DNA from: Octopus sinensis
Taxonomy: Eukaryota
DNA length: 64,000 nt
Direction: 5' to 3'
Assembly (NCBI RefSeq): GCF_006345805.1
Contig: NC_042997.1
Location: 42,966,001-43,030,000, forward strand
Of this stretch, positions 25,502-38,531 are shown one piece after another (within the stretch, counting starts at the first letter, position 1; each line of letters begins with the position of its first letter). A model generated the notes under the pieces. It was not told the DNA's origin, searched no databases, and saw nothing but the letters and a program-made list of their open reading frames with translations. Made by a program: the position numbers and the translations under genes.

Positions 25502-25806
25502 TACCGGCAAAATTAGTTTAAGACCATGTAATATGTATGCAATTTTTTTGGCCAAAATGGGTGGTCACACAATGAGCCTAAATGCATCATATAAAGTTAT
25601 AATTTAATGTTATTATGCAATTTATTAATAATGGGAAAACAACGTCACGAGAGCAAAAATCGTATATTACAGCAAAAAGTTTCCTTTTCGAACATCAGCA
25701 AGCAACTAAAGTGCAGTAAACCGGCTTGCGTGCAAGCGTGGAAGTTATACTCGGAGACTGGTCAATATAAAGATCGGCAAAGGTCTTGAATTTATTTTTG
25801 CCAGTG
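25502..25806 (+). mobile_element. Internally deleted Tc1-like element
   Basis: Imperfect TIRs CCGGCAAAATTAGTTTAAGACC / GGTCTTGAATTTATTTTTGCCAG; short HTH-like N-terminal transposase remnant MGKQR...ETGQYKDRQRS. Confidence 0.6.
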
Positions 25807-26054
25807 TGTATATTATATATATATAATGTATATAATACGAGAATTTTAATGGAGATAACCTGCAGTATATTGTACAAGATTTTTGTCTCCGTATATGAGC
25901 TAAGTATTAATAAAATGTGGTATACGATAAAAATTTCGGATATTTGTCTTAAAACATTCAGACAAGAAAATTCAAATGTAGCACATGAGGTTATTATTCC
26001 ATACGAATATCCACATATTTATGTTAAGAGTTTCATGATAAAAATATAGAAATA

Positions 26055-26620
26055 TTGGGTTGTCCGGAAAGTTCGTGACGATTTATAGTAGCTTATCTTT
26101 CAACTTATTTTAGAACATGGTTGAGTCAATAAGATAGGATTTGACTACACCTCCATTTAGAGCACAGTTTAAGCTATCTTTTCGTGGAAGAAGGTTTATG
26201 TTCCTATAACCTGTGTTAATTCTGTAACCCTTTAAAATAAAAGATGAGAAAGTTCATTTTCGGCACTTGATGCTTTGGGAACCAGACAAAAATTGCTGCA
26301 GCTTGGCTAGGATGTGTTACCCCCACCCTCCCTATTCACCAGATATTGCTCCTTCGGATTTCCACTTATTCAGGTCTCAGCAGAAAAGTCTTAATGGTAA
26401 AAATTTCAATTCCTTAGATGACGTAAAAAGATACCTTGACGAATTCTTTGCCTTGAAACCACCCCAATTCTGGAAAGAGGGTATTTTCAAGGTAAAGGAA
26501 AGATGGAGACGTATTGTGCAACGAAATGGTTCAGATTTGGTTCATTAAAAATGTAATGGCAAGTATTTAGTGACCTTTACTTTCCTTTAAAAATCGGAAC
26601 GAACTTTCCGGACAACCCAA
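26055..26620 (+). mobile_element. Internally deleted mariner (566 bp)
   Basis: TIRs TTGGGTTGTCCGGAAAGTTCG / CGAACTTTCCGGACAACCCAA, TA on both sides; C-terminal HPPYSPDIAPSDFHLFRS...ERW. Confidence 0.93.
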
Positions 26621-27285
26621 TATAAACATAACAATGAAATACGAATATAAACATGAAAAATAAAAACCTAAATTGAAAGAGGCGATTAAAATTTTTTTTC
26701 CTAACCTGCAGCCGTTTCAGAAAAGTGGTTGTACGAATTATTCGAAATTCAGCCCTCCTTCCTCGGGGTTCCTTTCTCGAGGTAAAACCCAGCAAAAAGC
26801 ATTAAGGCACTACATGGTGAGTATTCAGTGGGTGAAAGTTCAGTTTTTGAGCATCGATGAATAAGTGTCAGATTTTCAAGAGGATTAACACGTCTAAATA
26901 AGAAATTAAATTCATTGAAAGGTTAACTTTAGTTAATCATGCAAATAATAGCCAATGGGAATATTCCACTCTCTACTATAAATAAATAATTTAAAATTAC
27001 AGGTTTGTGCATAAGTGTTCATTGGATCTAATGATCTAATTGGGCCGTATTTTCAAAAAGCTTTTATATTCTAAAAAATTATATTGTAAAGTTTAAGAAA
27101 ATCATAAGACGCAAAATATTTTAAAATTAGTAGTACTTCCTATATAAATTTTCCTAAGTCCGGAGCGTTAAACTAATAAACCTGTTTGCTGTTTACACAC
27201 CCGTCTTCGTCTTTTGTTCGTTTCTTTTGTAAATTCCAAATATATATGTATGTATGTGTGTGTATGCATATATGTATATATATAT

Positions 27286-27336
<51 letters not shown>

Positions 27337-27399
27337 ATTTCGCAGACAGGAACTGAAACAAATCGATCGTATATATATGTATGGATATATGTAAGTGTA

Positions 27400-29590
27400 T
27401 GCGTTTTGGTATTGGCAACATCAATGACAATGGCCAGAGACTACTTGAATTTTGCACATACCATAACCTGTGCATCACTAACACATTCTTTGCCAACAAG
27501 ACATCCCACAAGGCATCTTGGAGACATCCAAGATCTCACCACTGGCATCAGCTGAATCTCATCATTACACGAAGACCCTTTCTGAATTCTCGTAGTTACC
27601 ACTGCGCGGATTGTGACACAGATCATTCACTAATAAGAAGCAGGGTGAGGATTCTGCCTAAAAAGTCCATGACTCCAAGAAAATGGGCCGACAACGCATT
27701 AACACTGCCAGAACCTCCGACCCTACACTGCGACAACGTTTTGCTGTTTCTATCAAAGTTGCCCTCAGTAGCTGCCCAACCACCTCTGCTGAAAGTAGGT
27801 GGAATTATATCAGGGAAGCTTTGTATACCACATCAATAGATACTTTCGGCATGAGAGAAAGGCAAAACCCAGATTTTGTTCAGTGCTGGGCTCTCAGAGC
27901 TCGAAACAGTTATCGAAACAAAGCGTGCAGCTCTGATGTAATACAAGAGTGATTCTTCTATAAAGTCACTCGAAGAACTCAGAAAGGCAAGAAATAAAAC
28001 CCAACTGACTGGCAGACGCTGTGCAAATAAGTATTGTCAGGAAATCTGTCAGAGTTTCCAGTCAGCTGCTGACAGTGGCGACACCCGTGGGATGTATGCC
28101 GGTTTGACGAAGGCCCTCGGTCTATCCGCAACCAAGTCAGCCCCTCTGAAATCAACTACTGGGGATCTCATCAAGGACCAAAGCAAGCAAATGGATAGAT
28201 GGATGGAGTACTACCAGGATCTCTACTCACGAGAGACCACGGTAGCTGAGGCTGCAATCGAGGGTGTCAAGATCTTGTCAGTCATGTGTGAACTTGACAG
28301 TCTGCCATCTATAGCAGAGCTCACCAAGGCTATTGACTCCCTAGCAAGTAACAAGGCTCCGGGAAAAGACGGCATTCCCTTAGAGATCATCAAAACCGGC
28401 AAAAACACCATCCTGCTTCGGCACATTCATGATCTTCTGTGTCAGTGCTAGGAAAAGGGTACAGTCCCTCAGGATATGCGGGATGCTAACATCATTACGC
28501 TTTACAAAAACAAAGGTGACCGTGGTGATTGTAACAATTACCGTGGAATATATCTTCTAAGCACTGTTGGAAAGGCCTCTGCTCGCATTATCCTGTCCAG
28601 GCTGCAACTGCTTGCTTCTCGAATTTATCCAGAATCGCAGTGTGGCTTTAGAAGAAGCAGATCAACTATTGACATGATATTCTCCATACGCCAACTTCAG
28701 GAGAAGTCCAGAGAGCAGAAAATGCCATTATATATGGCCTTCATTGATCTGACAAAGGCCTTTGACTTGGTAAGGAGAAAAGGCCTCTTCATCCTGCTCC
28801 AAAAAATCGGATGTCCACCAAAGCTGCTGAGGATCATCACATCTTTCCATGATGATATGCAAGGCACCATACAACACAATGGTTCAACATCAGCCGCCTT
28901 CCAAATAAAAAAATGGGGTAAAGCAAGGTTGTGTCCTTGCTCCTACATTATTTGGCATCTTCTTCTCGCTGCTGCTGTCACATGCCTTTGTGACATCAGA
29001 TGATGGAGTGTTTCTGCACAGTAGAAGTGATGAGAAACTGTTCAATCTCTCGCGTCTGCGTGCCAAGACCAAAATCAGAAGCGTCCTGATCAAGGAGATG
29101 CTATTTGCTGATGATGCCGCTCTGGTATCACACACAGACGAAGCCCTACAAAGGCTCATCAACTGTTTTGAGCAAGCATGTGGCAACTTTGGCTTATTTA
29201 TCAGTCTCAAGAAGACCAACATCATGGGTCAGGCTACATCGACCATCCCAAACATACATATTGGAGACCACAGACTACAGGAGGTGGAGAAGTTTACCTA
29301 TCTTGGCTCTACCGTCACCTACAACCTATCCCTTAATACTGAGCTCAATATACGCATTGGCAAGGCAGCTGCTGTGATGGCCCAACTCTCCAAACGGGCA
29401 TGGGAAACAATAAGCAAAGACCACAAAAATGAAGATTTACCAGGCATGTGTACTTAGCACTCTACTGTATGGAAGTGAGACTTGGACGCCATACACACGC
29501 CATACGACGCCGTCCGTCGCCTAAATATCTTTCACCTGCGCTGCCTCCGGAAAATCCTTCGCATCAAATGGCAGAATCATGTCCCCAACA
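27400..29590 (+). mobile_element. Decayed RTE-clade LINE (APE C-terminal part plus RT)
   Basis: NGQRLLEFC..LCITNTFF, DCDTDHSL; DANIITLYKNKGDRGDCNNYRGI, QCGFR, FIDLTKAFD, LFADD, FTYLGS. Confidence 0.93.
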
Positions 29591-30000
29591 CGCCTACACA
29601 CAGACGCACACACTAACACACACATATATATTTTTTTGTTTTTTCATCTCGCCTCACACACACACACACACACGCACACGCACACACTCACACATACACA
29701 CACATCTGTTGCGTTACCAACCTTGTCTCCACTCTTTTGCCTTTAAAAACCCACTTTGCTCTGTTTTCGTAAACATCTGCCTTTCACCATGTGCAACTCG
29801 TAAACACCAGTCGTCTTTTTTCTCTTTCCTGTTGCCCGCTCTGGGATCTTTTTTCCTCTCTCTTCCTTCTTTATGTTTCCGACGAAGAGCTCCGCTCGAA
29901 ACGTCATACCTCCCTGCTTCCTTTTCCTGAGCGCCTATTAATAATAATACTGTAATTGTTCCATTGTTGTTGTTTTTTTGTTTCCAGTTTGGATTAAAAT

Positions 30001-30036
<36 letters not shown>

Positions 30037-30169
30037 TATATGTATGCATGTATATATCTCTTATTATATGTATTATAAAAGTATCAGTATTAATTGTGAA
30101 AGTATTAAACTGAAAGTATTACATCACATTACAATAGAGATGTTATTGTTTCACTTTTGACACAGAATA

Positions 30170-30373
30170 CTGAAATAGTGTAAGAGATAAGAGATTTTTC
30201 CGGGCTCGTATTAAGCAAGAATTTGAAAATTTTTGGGGCCTGTGTTACTGCATCGACCCTAAGAAAAGCATGTGTAAAATTTGAATGAAATCAGTTGGGT
30301 AGTTCTCGAATTTTAGTCATGCACACATACATACAGACACATACACACATTCTCAGTTTTATATATATATAGA
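30170..30373 (-). mobile_element. 5' end of a non-autonomous Helitron-like element
   Basis: Minus strand A/TCTATATATATAAAACTGAG followed by GT-rich segment, like the other Helitron 5' ends here. Confidence 0.55.
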
Positions 30374-30398
30374 TGTATGTATGTATGTGTGTATTTAT

Positions 30399-30437
<39 letters not shown>

Positions 30438-30877
30438 CGCGTGTGTGTGTATAACTCCAAAAAATGGAACAAGAACGCCAAAGACGACAATAAAATATCC
30501 GGACAGATTGACGGTACTACGACGGACAGCAAAAAACAAGGTCGGGTCATTTGCAGCGTTCTCTCATTAGTCAAGTATCCAGATAATCTTTTTGTTTCAG
30601 CCGGTTACGCTTGAGTCTATTCAAATCTGTTTGGCCCCAAAAATCTAAACTAAGAGCATTAAATTTTTTGGGAGAAAGCAAGCAATTGTGTACGACAACA
30701 AAGACGACAAAAAACCGAAAAAGTGCAACACAATTATAAATACAAACAAGAAGATAACAACAGGTGTCTTTCGACCAATAAGGACGAGTGAAGTTGGGCT
30801 GCCGTGTATAGAGTGAAAGCCTTGAGGCAGGAACATAGGAGATGAAAGTCATGAGACAGGATACATACACACACACA

Positions 30878-30941
<64 letters not shown>

Positions 30942-30957
30942 CACACACACATATTAA

Positions 30958-31655
30958 TTACTGCTGTTGTTTGTCAACAACAACTATTGGCGGTGTATAT
31001 TTCGTTTGTCACTGTTATTTATGACATCGTTCGTGCGTTTGTACTGATTTTAGCTTTAGGATTTTAGGGTTAGGGTTATGGTTTTAGAGTTACGGTTTGG
31101 GTTTTAGGGTTAGGATTTTAGGGTTAGAGTTTTAGGGTTAGGGTTTAGGGTTACGGTTTTAGGGTTAGGGTTGAGGTTTTAGGGTTAGAGTTACGGAAAA
31201 AAGTGAAAAATGAAGAAGTTGGAGGGGGAGGGGGAAAAGTCTTTCCAAAAATAGTAGCTGAAAAGAAGGGAAAAAAACTAAAAGCAGTAGAAATGCACGA
31301 ACGATTGTGATGGTGCCATGAAGTAAACATACTTCAGATACACTCGTTTATTCATACAAAAGTAACTGAGATGAAATATGTCATAAACAACAGTGACAAA
31401 CGAAATATACACCACCGGAAGTTGTTGTTGACAAACAACAGCAGTAATTTTATTCAGCTGAATACACGTCATTGATTGGTTGAAATTACCGAAATACGAC
31501 AATAACAGGAAATAACTTTGAAAATACAAACTTTTCTCAACAACGCTAAGAGTAAAAGATGTTTTATATGACACATTCTACCGATGTCCGAAGTTTGAAA
31601 GTATTTAGTTACAAAAAATTAATTTCTCGATCTGCCGTTCAAAGGGTAAAGATCC
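30958..31655. mobile_element. Divergent one-ended relative of MITE M1 with internal TTAGGG-like tract
   Basis: Right end GCCGTTCAAAGGGTAAAGATCC and preceding sequence homologous to M1 arm; internal inverted repeat 30960-31026 / 31379-31448. Confidence 0.6.
31050..31195 (+). repeat. Degenerate TTAGGG-like tract
   Basis: TTTTAGGGTTAGGGTT variants. Confidence 0.85.
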
Positions 31656-32633
31656 CCGAAAGCTCATGTCACAATCGTGCAGGAAATAATGGATAACGAT
31701 TCTGAGTCAGAATATCTGACTCAAAGAAATTATTTTCTCTGAGACATCCACGAGATTACTCATGATATCGATTCGACAAATGAGTTTCTAGCAACCGTCA
31801 CAATAATTTATAATGGGCTTTCTCAATCGTGAGAAGTATTCAGAGAGAAAAGCGCTGAAAAAGATTCTCTTGAGTTTCATATTTAGCTACTAACAGCAAA
31901 TTGTTGTAAAGGAACAAGGTCAGTAACGATGCAGAAACAATAGCGAATTAGTGTAACTGTTTTAGGGATTTTAGTACCATGTCATGCCTATGAAGATTGA
32001 AGGAAATAATGGAATAGCCAGTTGCGATCGATGAATCGAAAATTATTCACTGCAAATGCCATCGCGGTCATTAAGAACAGAGCCACAAGATGCTATGATT
32101 AATGATTAATGAAACACCACAGCTTAAAGTTCCTTGTGATGTCGATGTACTGCAACTTTATTGCCGGCTTTCTTTGATTATGTGTTACAAGGCACCAGCA
32201 TTTTCCCTGACGGCTAGCATTACTATCAACAATTTCTATATCGTTAATTCGTTAACCACACTCTTCATTTTGTAGATTTCAGTGGTGACGACGACTAAAT
32301 CGATGGCAGCTGTGGTTGTTTAAACAGTGGTGGTTTTAGCGTTATAAAAAAATGATATTAAGATATCTCACCAATCAATTTAACTGTTACGACTTGTATA
32401 CCAGGAAAACAACCTTACTGTATAACAAAAGGTTCCACAGCAGATTCTGTTTAATTTTATCTACTGAGAGCCTACGTTTTCTTATGTGATAGACGGAATA
32501 TAGCAAACCATGTATTTAAAGAGATGAGAAATAGTCTGCGTGACGTTCATAGCTTTCCCAAAGGTATTAAGTGACGTAAAAAAAGAGAAATGTAGTCCAA
32601 ATATGAAATGTATTACGTTTATATATATATATA

Positions 32634-33747
<1,114 letters not shown>

Positions 33748-34632
33748 GTATATATATATATATGTACATAAATATAAAACTAATTATCTAGTTGATATTT
33801 GCGAGTGACAAGGTTAATTTGTATTACGTATAACGATATATCGCTGATGAAATATTTTATAATTTCGTTTTCTACTTGACATTCAACATATTGCTAGTTA
33901 CGCGAATATTTTATAAATTTATGAAATCGTCATCTGAAAAAAGAAAAGAAAAAGGGAACTCGAATTGTTGCTTTATGTGGCAATGAACTTGCATCCAGGA
34001 AGACAATCAATGCAGCTAAATGAATCTGTTGGTGCTGTCCAGAAATATTTGTCTTGTTTCCTTCAGACAGTTGAATGCAAACAATTTGAAGGACCACGCA
34101 GAACTCATGGCGTACTCTTCAAATATTGCCTTTGTGCAGCATCTCTATTTATATCGAGTAATGTAAAACAAGTAGAGTTGCCAGCAAAGTAAAATGCCGC
34201 ACTAACACATTAAAACGTCGATTGCATAAATACTTTTAGCTAGTTGCAATACATCTAGTGCAAAAGAAAGGAAGAAAGAAAGAAAAGGACAAGAAGAAGA
34301 TCATCACGGAATAGAAAAATAATTTAGAATTGTCCGTATTCAGAAATCATTAAAACTGGAGTAAAAAGGACTGATTTAAACTTGTCTTTAGTGACGAAAC
34401 ATCCATTAAGCCACTTGCATTTAACTCTCATTCGTCGCCCATCAAACACAAGGTAAAACCCCAGATATGTACTTTCAGGATTCAACCAATGATATCTTTT
34501 ATCTTTTACTTGTTTCAGTCATTAGACTGCGGTCATGCTGGGGCATCCAAGTTGTTCTTTTTGTTAAGCCTGGTAACTTATTCTATCGGTCTCTTTTGCC
34601 CAGTGGGGGACAAACATTGGCAAAGAAACGCG

Positions 34633-34668
<36 letters not shown>

Positions 34669-34719
34669 TGACGGGCTTCTTTCAGTTTCCGTCTACTAGA
34701 TCACCTTATAAGGCTTTGG

Positions 34720-35503
34720 GGATCTTTTCCTTTTGAACGGCACTTTGTAACACAATTTCTAGTTAACTAAACACTTTTAAACTTCGTATACTGGTAGAAT
34801 GTGTTTATATAACATCATTTTTTTCTTGGCTTTATTGAGAAAATTCTATAGGTTGTAAGATATTTCGTCTGAAATTTCGAGCATTTCGGCAATTTTAACC
34901 AATCGCTGACCTCCATTTGGGGTGAAAACATTCCGTGCTGTATGAATATGTCCCTCGGTTTAAGAAACAGATTGGGTTTATTTACATTTGCGAAGAAAAA
35001 AAGATACCCTTCCCAGAGAAAAAAATCCCATTTTCCGTAGCGGTGTCAAATGAAATTGTCACCCATAATTATAAGCCTAGTATCGATCTATTGCATTTCA
35101 ATCTATTTTAGATTTAGGGTTAGATTTAGGGTTAGGATTAGGGGTGGGGGAAGGGTATCTTTTTTTCTTCGCAAATGTAAATAAACCCAATCTATTTCTT
35201 AAATGAGGGACATATTCATACAGCACGGAATGTTTTCACCCCAAATGGAGGTCAGCGATTGGTTAAAATTGCCGAAATGCTTGAAATTTCTGACGGAATA
35301 TCTTACAACCTATAGAATTTTCTTAATAAAGCCAAGAAAAAAATGATGTTTTATTTTGACACATTCTACCAGTATACGAAGTTTAAAAGTGTTTAGTTAA
35401 CTATAAATTGTGTTGACATGCGCCGTTCAAAAGGAAAAGATCCTAAAAGTGTTTAGTTAACTAGAAATTATGTTACAAAGTGCCGTTCAAAAGGAAAAGA
35501 TCC
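34720..35503. mobile_element. Foldback MITE family M1, second copy, inserted in a SINE
   Basis: Same termini; 8-bp TSD GGCTTTGG (34712-34719, 35504-35511); one arm partly deleted; last 60 bp tandemly duplicated. Confidence 0.92.
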
Positions 35504-35831
35504 GGCTTTGGTTGGCCCGAGGCTATAGAAGACACTTTCCGAAGATGTTATACAGTGGGACTGAACCCAGAACCCTGTGTTTGAGAAGCAAGCTTTTTAC
35601 CACGCAGCATTGCTAGAAAACCATTTCTACAAAGGATGATCATAATATAGCGGGGACTCGAACCATGACCGTTTGGTACACTTGTTAGGCACTACAAGTA
35701 TGCCACCAGAGTTTTATGGGATTGATCTGCAAATTGACCAATGAGCGTGAAGTTGTGGTGTGATACAGTTTTCTCGAACGTTCTAAAATTTAATCTCTTG
35801 TTCTCTATATTTAAAAAAAAAAAAAATACAT

Positions 35832-36222
35832 AGGCGCAGGAGTGGCTGTGTGGTAAGTAGCTTGCTTACCAACCACATGGTTCCAGGTTCAGTCCCACTG
35901 CGTGGCACCTTGGGCATGTGTCTTCTACTATAGCCTCGGGCCGACCAAAGCCTTGTGAGTGGATTTGGTAGACGGAAACTGAAAGAAGCCCGTCGTATAT
36001 ATGTATATATATATATGTGCATGTGTGTTTGTCCCCCTAGTATTGCTTGATAACCGATGCTGGTGTGTTTATGTCCCCGTTACTTAGCGGTTCGGCAAAA
36101 GAGACCGATAGAATAAGTTCTGGGCTTACAAAAGAATAAGTCCCGGGTCGAGTTGCTCGATTAAAGGTGGTGCTCCAGCATGGCCGCAGTCAAATGACTG
36201 AAACAAGTAAAAGAGTAAAAGA
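35832..36222 (+). mobile_element. SINE family S2, full length
   Basis: Homologous to 10480-10873. Confidence 0.9.
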
Positions 36223-36476
36223 GAGAGTATATATGAAGTTAATGATATCCAAAGTCATCGCCTGACATGAATCTATGTAAAAAGCATAGGATTCATAAAA
36301 AAAATTGCGGTTTATGAGGTTGCATAAATTTCAGTTTTAAAAGAGATGATACAAGCTAGGACACGATAGACTCCAGAATAATACTAAAATTTGGTCAAAA
36401 GTTTACAATATAACATTTATAGCTGAACCTTTGTAAACTGTTCTCAGGTTAACTACTTATTTTATTAAAACATATT

Positions 36477-36886
36477 ACTCTTTTACTCTTTTACTTGTTT
36501 CAGTCATTTGACTGCGGCCATGCTGGAGCACCGCCTTTGGTCGAGCAACTCGATCCCGGGATTTATTCTTTTTGTAAGCCTAGTACTTATTCTATCGGTC
36601 TCTTTTTGCCGAGCCGCTAAGTGACGGGGACGTAAACACACCAGCATCGGTTGTCAAGCGATGCTAGGGGAACAAACACAGACACACAAACACACACACA
36701 TACATATATATATACATATATACGACGGGCTTCTTTCAGTTTCCGTCTACCAAATCCACTCACAAGGCATTGGTCGGCCCGAGGCTATAGCAGAAGACAC
36801 TTGCCCAAGATGCCACGCAGTGGGACTGAAACCGGAACCATGTGGTTGGTTAGCAAGCTACTTACCACACAGCCACTCCTGCGCCT
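36477..36886 (-). mobile_element. SINE family S2, full length, tail-to-tail with previous copy
   Basis: Homologous to 10480-10873. Confidence 0.9.
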
Positions 36887-37989
36887 ATATATATATGTTT
36901 GTTTGTTTGTTTGTTTTTTTTTACTTATATAATCAACTGTGGTATAATAAAACTATGCTAATATCGCCTTTGTGTTGAATCTCCATTTACATCAGACAGT
37001 GCATTCAGACTTTTGACTTATAACTACAACTGAAATTTGAAACCGAGATGTGACCTCACTTTATTTGGAGTTAGGGCTTCACTTCGCCTTTGCGGGCCAC
37101 GGGAATAAGTACCAGTAAGAGTCAATCAACTGTTTAAAGTGAGCGTTTCCCCTCGCTCGGCAGTAAACAGTTTGTGCTTAATCTAAAGAAACCACTATTT
37201 GTTTGCCGATAAAATCTTTTGTAGACTGTTTCAGAAGTGACGTGTCCAGCTAACTAACGCACTGTTTTCAAAAGGGTGGAAGTGTTATGTAAATCAAAGT
37301 CACGATACACTAGGTCTATAATAGTTTCTGTTGTCATAAGAAAACTATGTTTATTACAGATAACTTTTCACGTTTGGTTAGTTAAGATGCGGGTTGCAGT
37401 GTAACCACGGTAACACTTCGTAATCACTGAGAGCTATTTTGACTGCAAGTACTGATTACAAATATGATTAGGAATATCCCCCCTCCCATCTGCATTTTTT
37501 TTTTTTTAGTCTAAAGATAGATCCAATAATAATAAAATTACTACTTCCCAGACAACTGTTATGAACTGCTGACAGGCGGTTTTTCCATATCCTGCTGCGG
37601 AGAGAAATTCCGATCGATATGTGATTAGTAAAGAAAAATAGATAGAGGATGGTTGCAATTTTACCTTAATGGAACAAACTTTCGGCGGAATCGTCAGTGC
37701 GTCGGTAAAAATGCTTAGCAGCATTTCTTCCGGCTCTCTCTGAGTTTAAATTTCGCTTAGGCCGACTCTGCCTTTCAGCGTTTCGGAGTCAATACCAGTT
37801 GAGCACCGGGGTTGACGCAATCAACTTAACCGTTCCACTAAAATTCCAGGCCTTGTACCAAAAATTGAAACTATTTAAAGGCGGTGAGCTGACAGAATCG
37901 TTAGCACGCCGGACAAAATGCTTAGCAGCATTTCGTCCGTCTTCATGTTCTGTGTTCATATTCTGCCGAGTTTGACTTTGCCTTTCATC

Positions 37990-38407
37990 TGTAACGTGAA
38001 AGGATCTATCATCGAAGCACTGGCAGGGTGTCGAGATCCTTTCTAGTCACATACAAAAATTCTTGTAGAAAACAAACAGACGAAACTCAGGTTAAAGGTG
38101 AACAGACAACTTGGTTTATTGATTCATGGTTGTACGTTGTCTGATGGGGGAATAGACAGCCTCTGATATACTGCTGGTGTTGGTCGTTGAGGTTGGTTGA
38201 AGTTGGTTGAAGTTGGTGTGTGGCTGTCAGAGCCAGGAAAACCGTGACCGATCGCAGTGCTGTCTTGAGCCGAAGAGAGAGATTTGAGGTTCGCGGGCTC
38301 GAGAGATGTTTTCCCGCACATGCGCATGGGGAAGACTTCCGGTGGCCACCCGGAAGTAGTCCCATTCTGCGCATGCGCGCCGAACCCTACACTGTAGCAT
38401 CACTACA
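37990..38407 (-). repeat. 3' LTR of the gypsy element
   Basis: TG...CA termini; preceded on the minus strand by purine-rich GGAGGGGAGCCC (PPT, 38408-38419). Confidence 0.97.
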
Positions 38408-38531
38408 GGGCTCCCCTCCGAGTGCGAAGTACGGCAACCAGAATATTGTGGTGGTGCTGCAGAAAACAGAAGGCTTGCCGATCCCCAGAAGACTTGGTAC
38501 ATACTATTATACAATAAGAAACATTTTAAAG

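Noticed and set aside
31050-31195. Possible telomere or chromosome-fusion scar
   Set aside because: Short, degenerate, single orientation and embedded in a MITE-like element.
31660-32620. About 1 kb of apparently unique sequence (also 33780-34460, 37200-37680, 50400-51230)
   Set aside because: No ORF, motif or structure I can support; could be regulatory or very old repeat.
38087-38374. 95-aa ORF present in both LTRs
   Set aside because: Duplicated only because the LTRs are identical; no recognisable domain.
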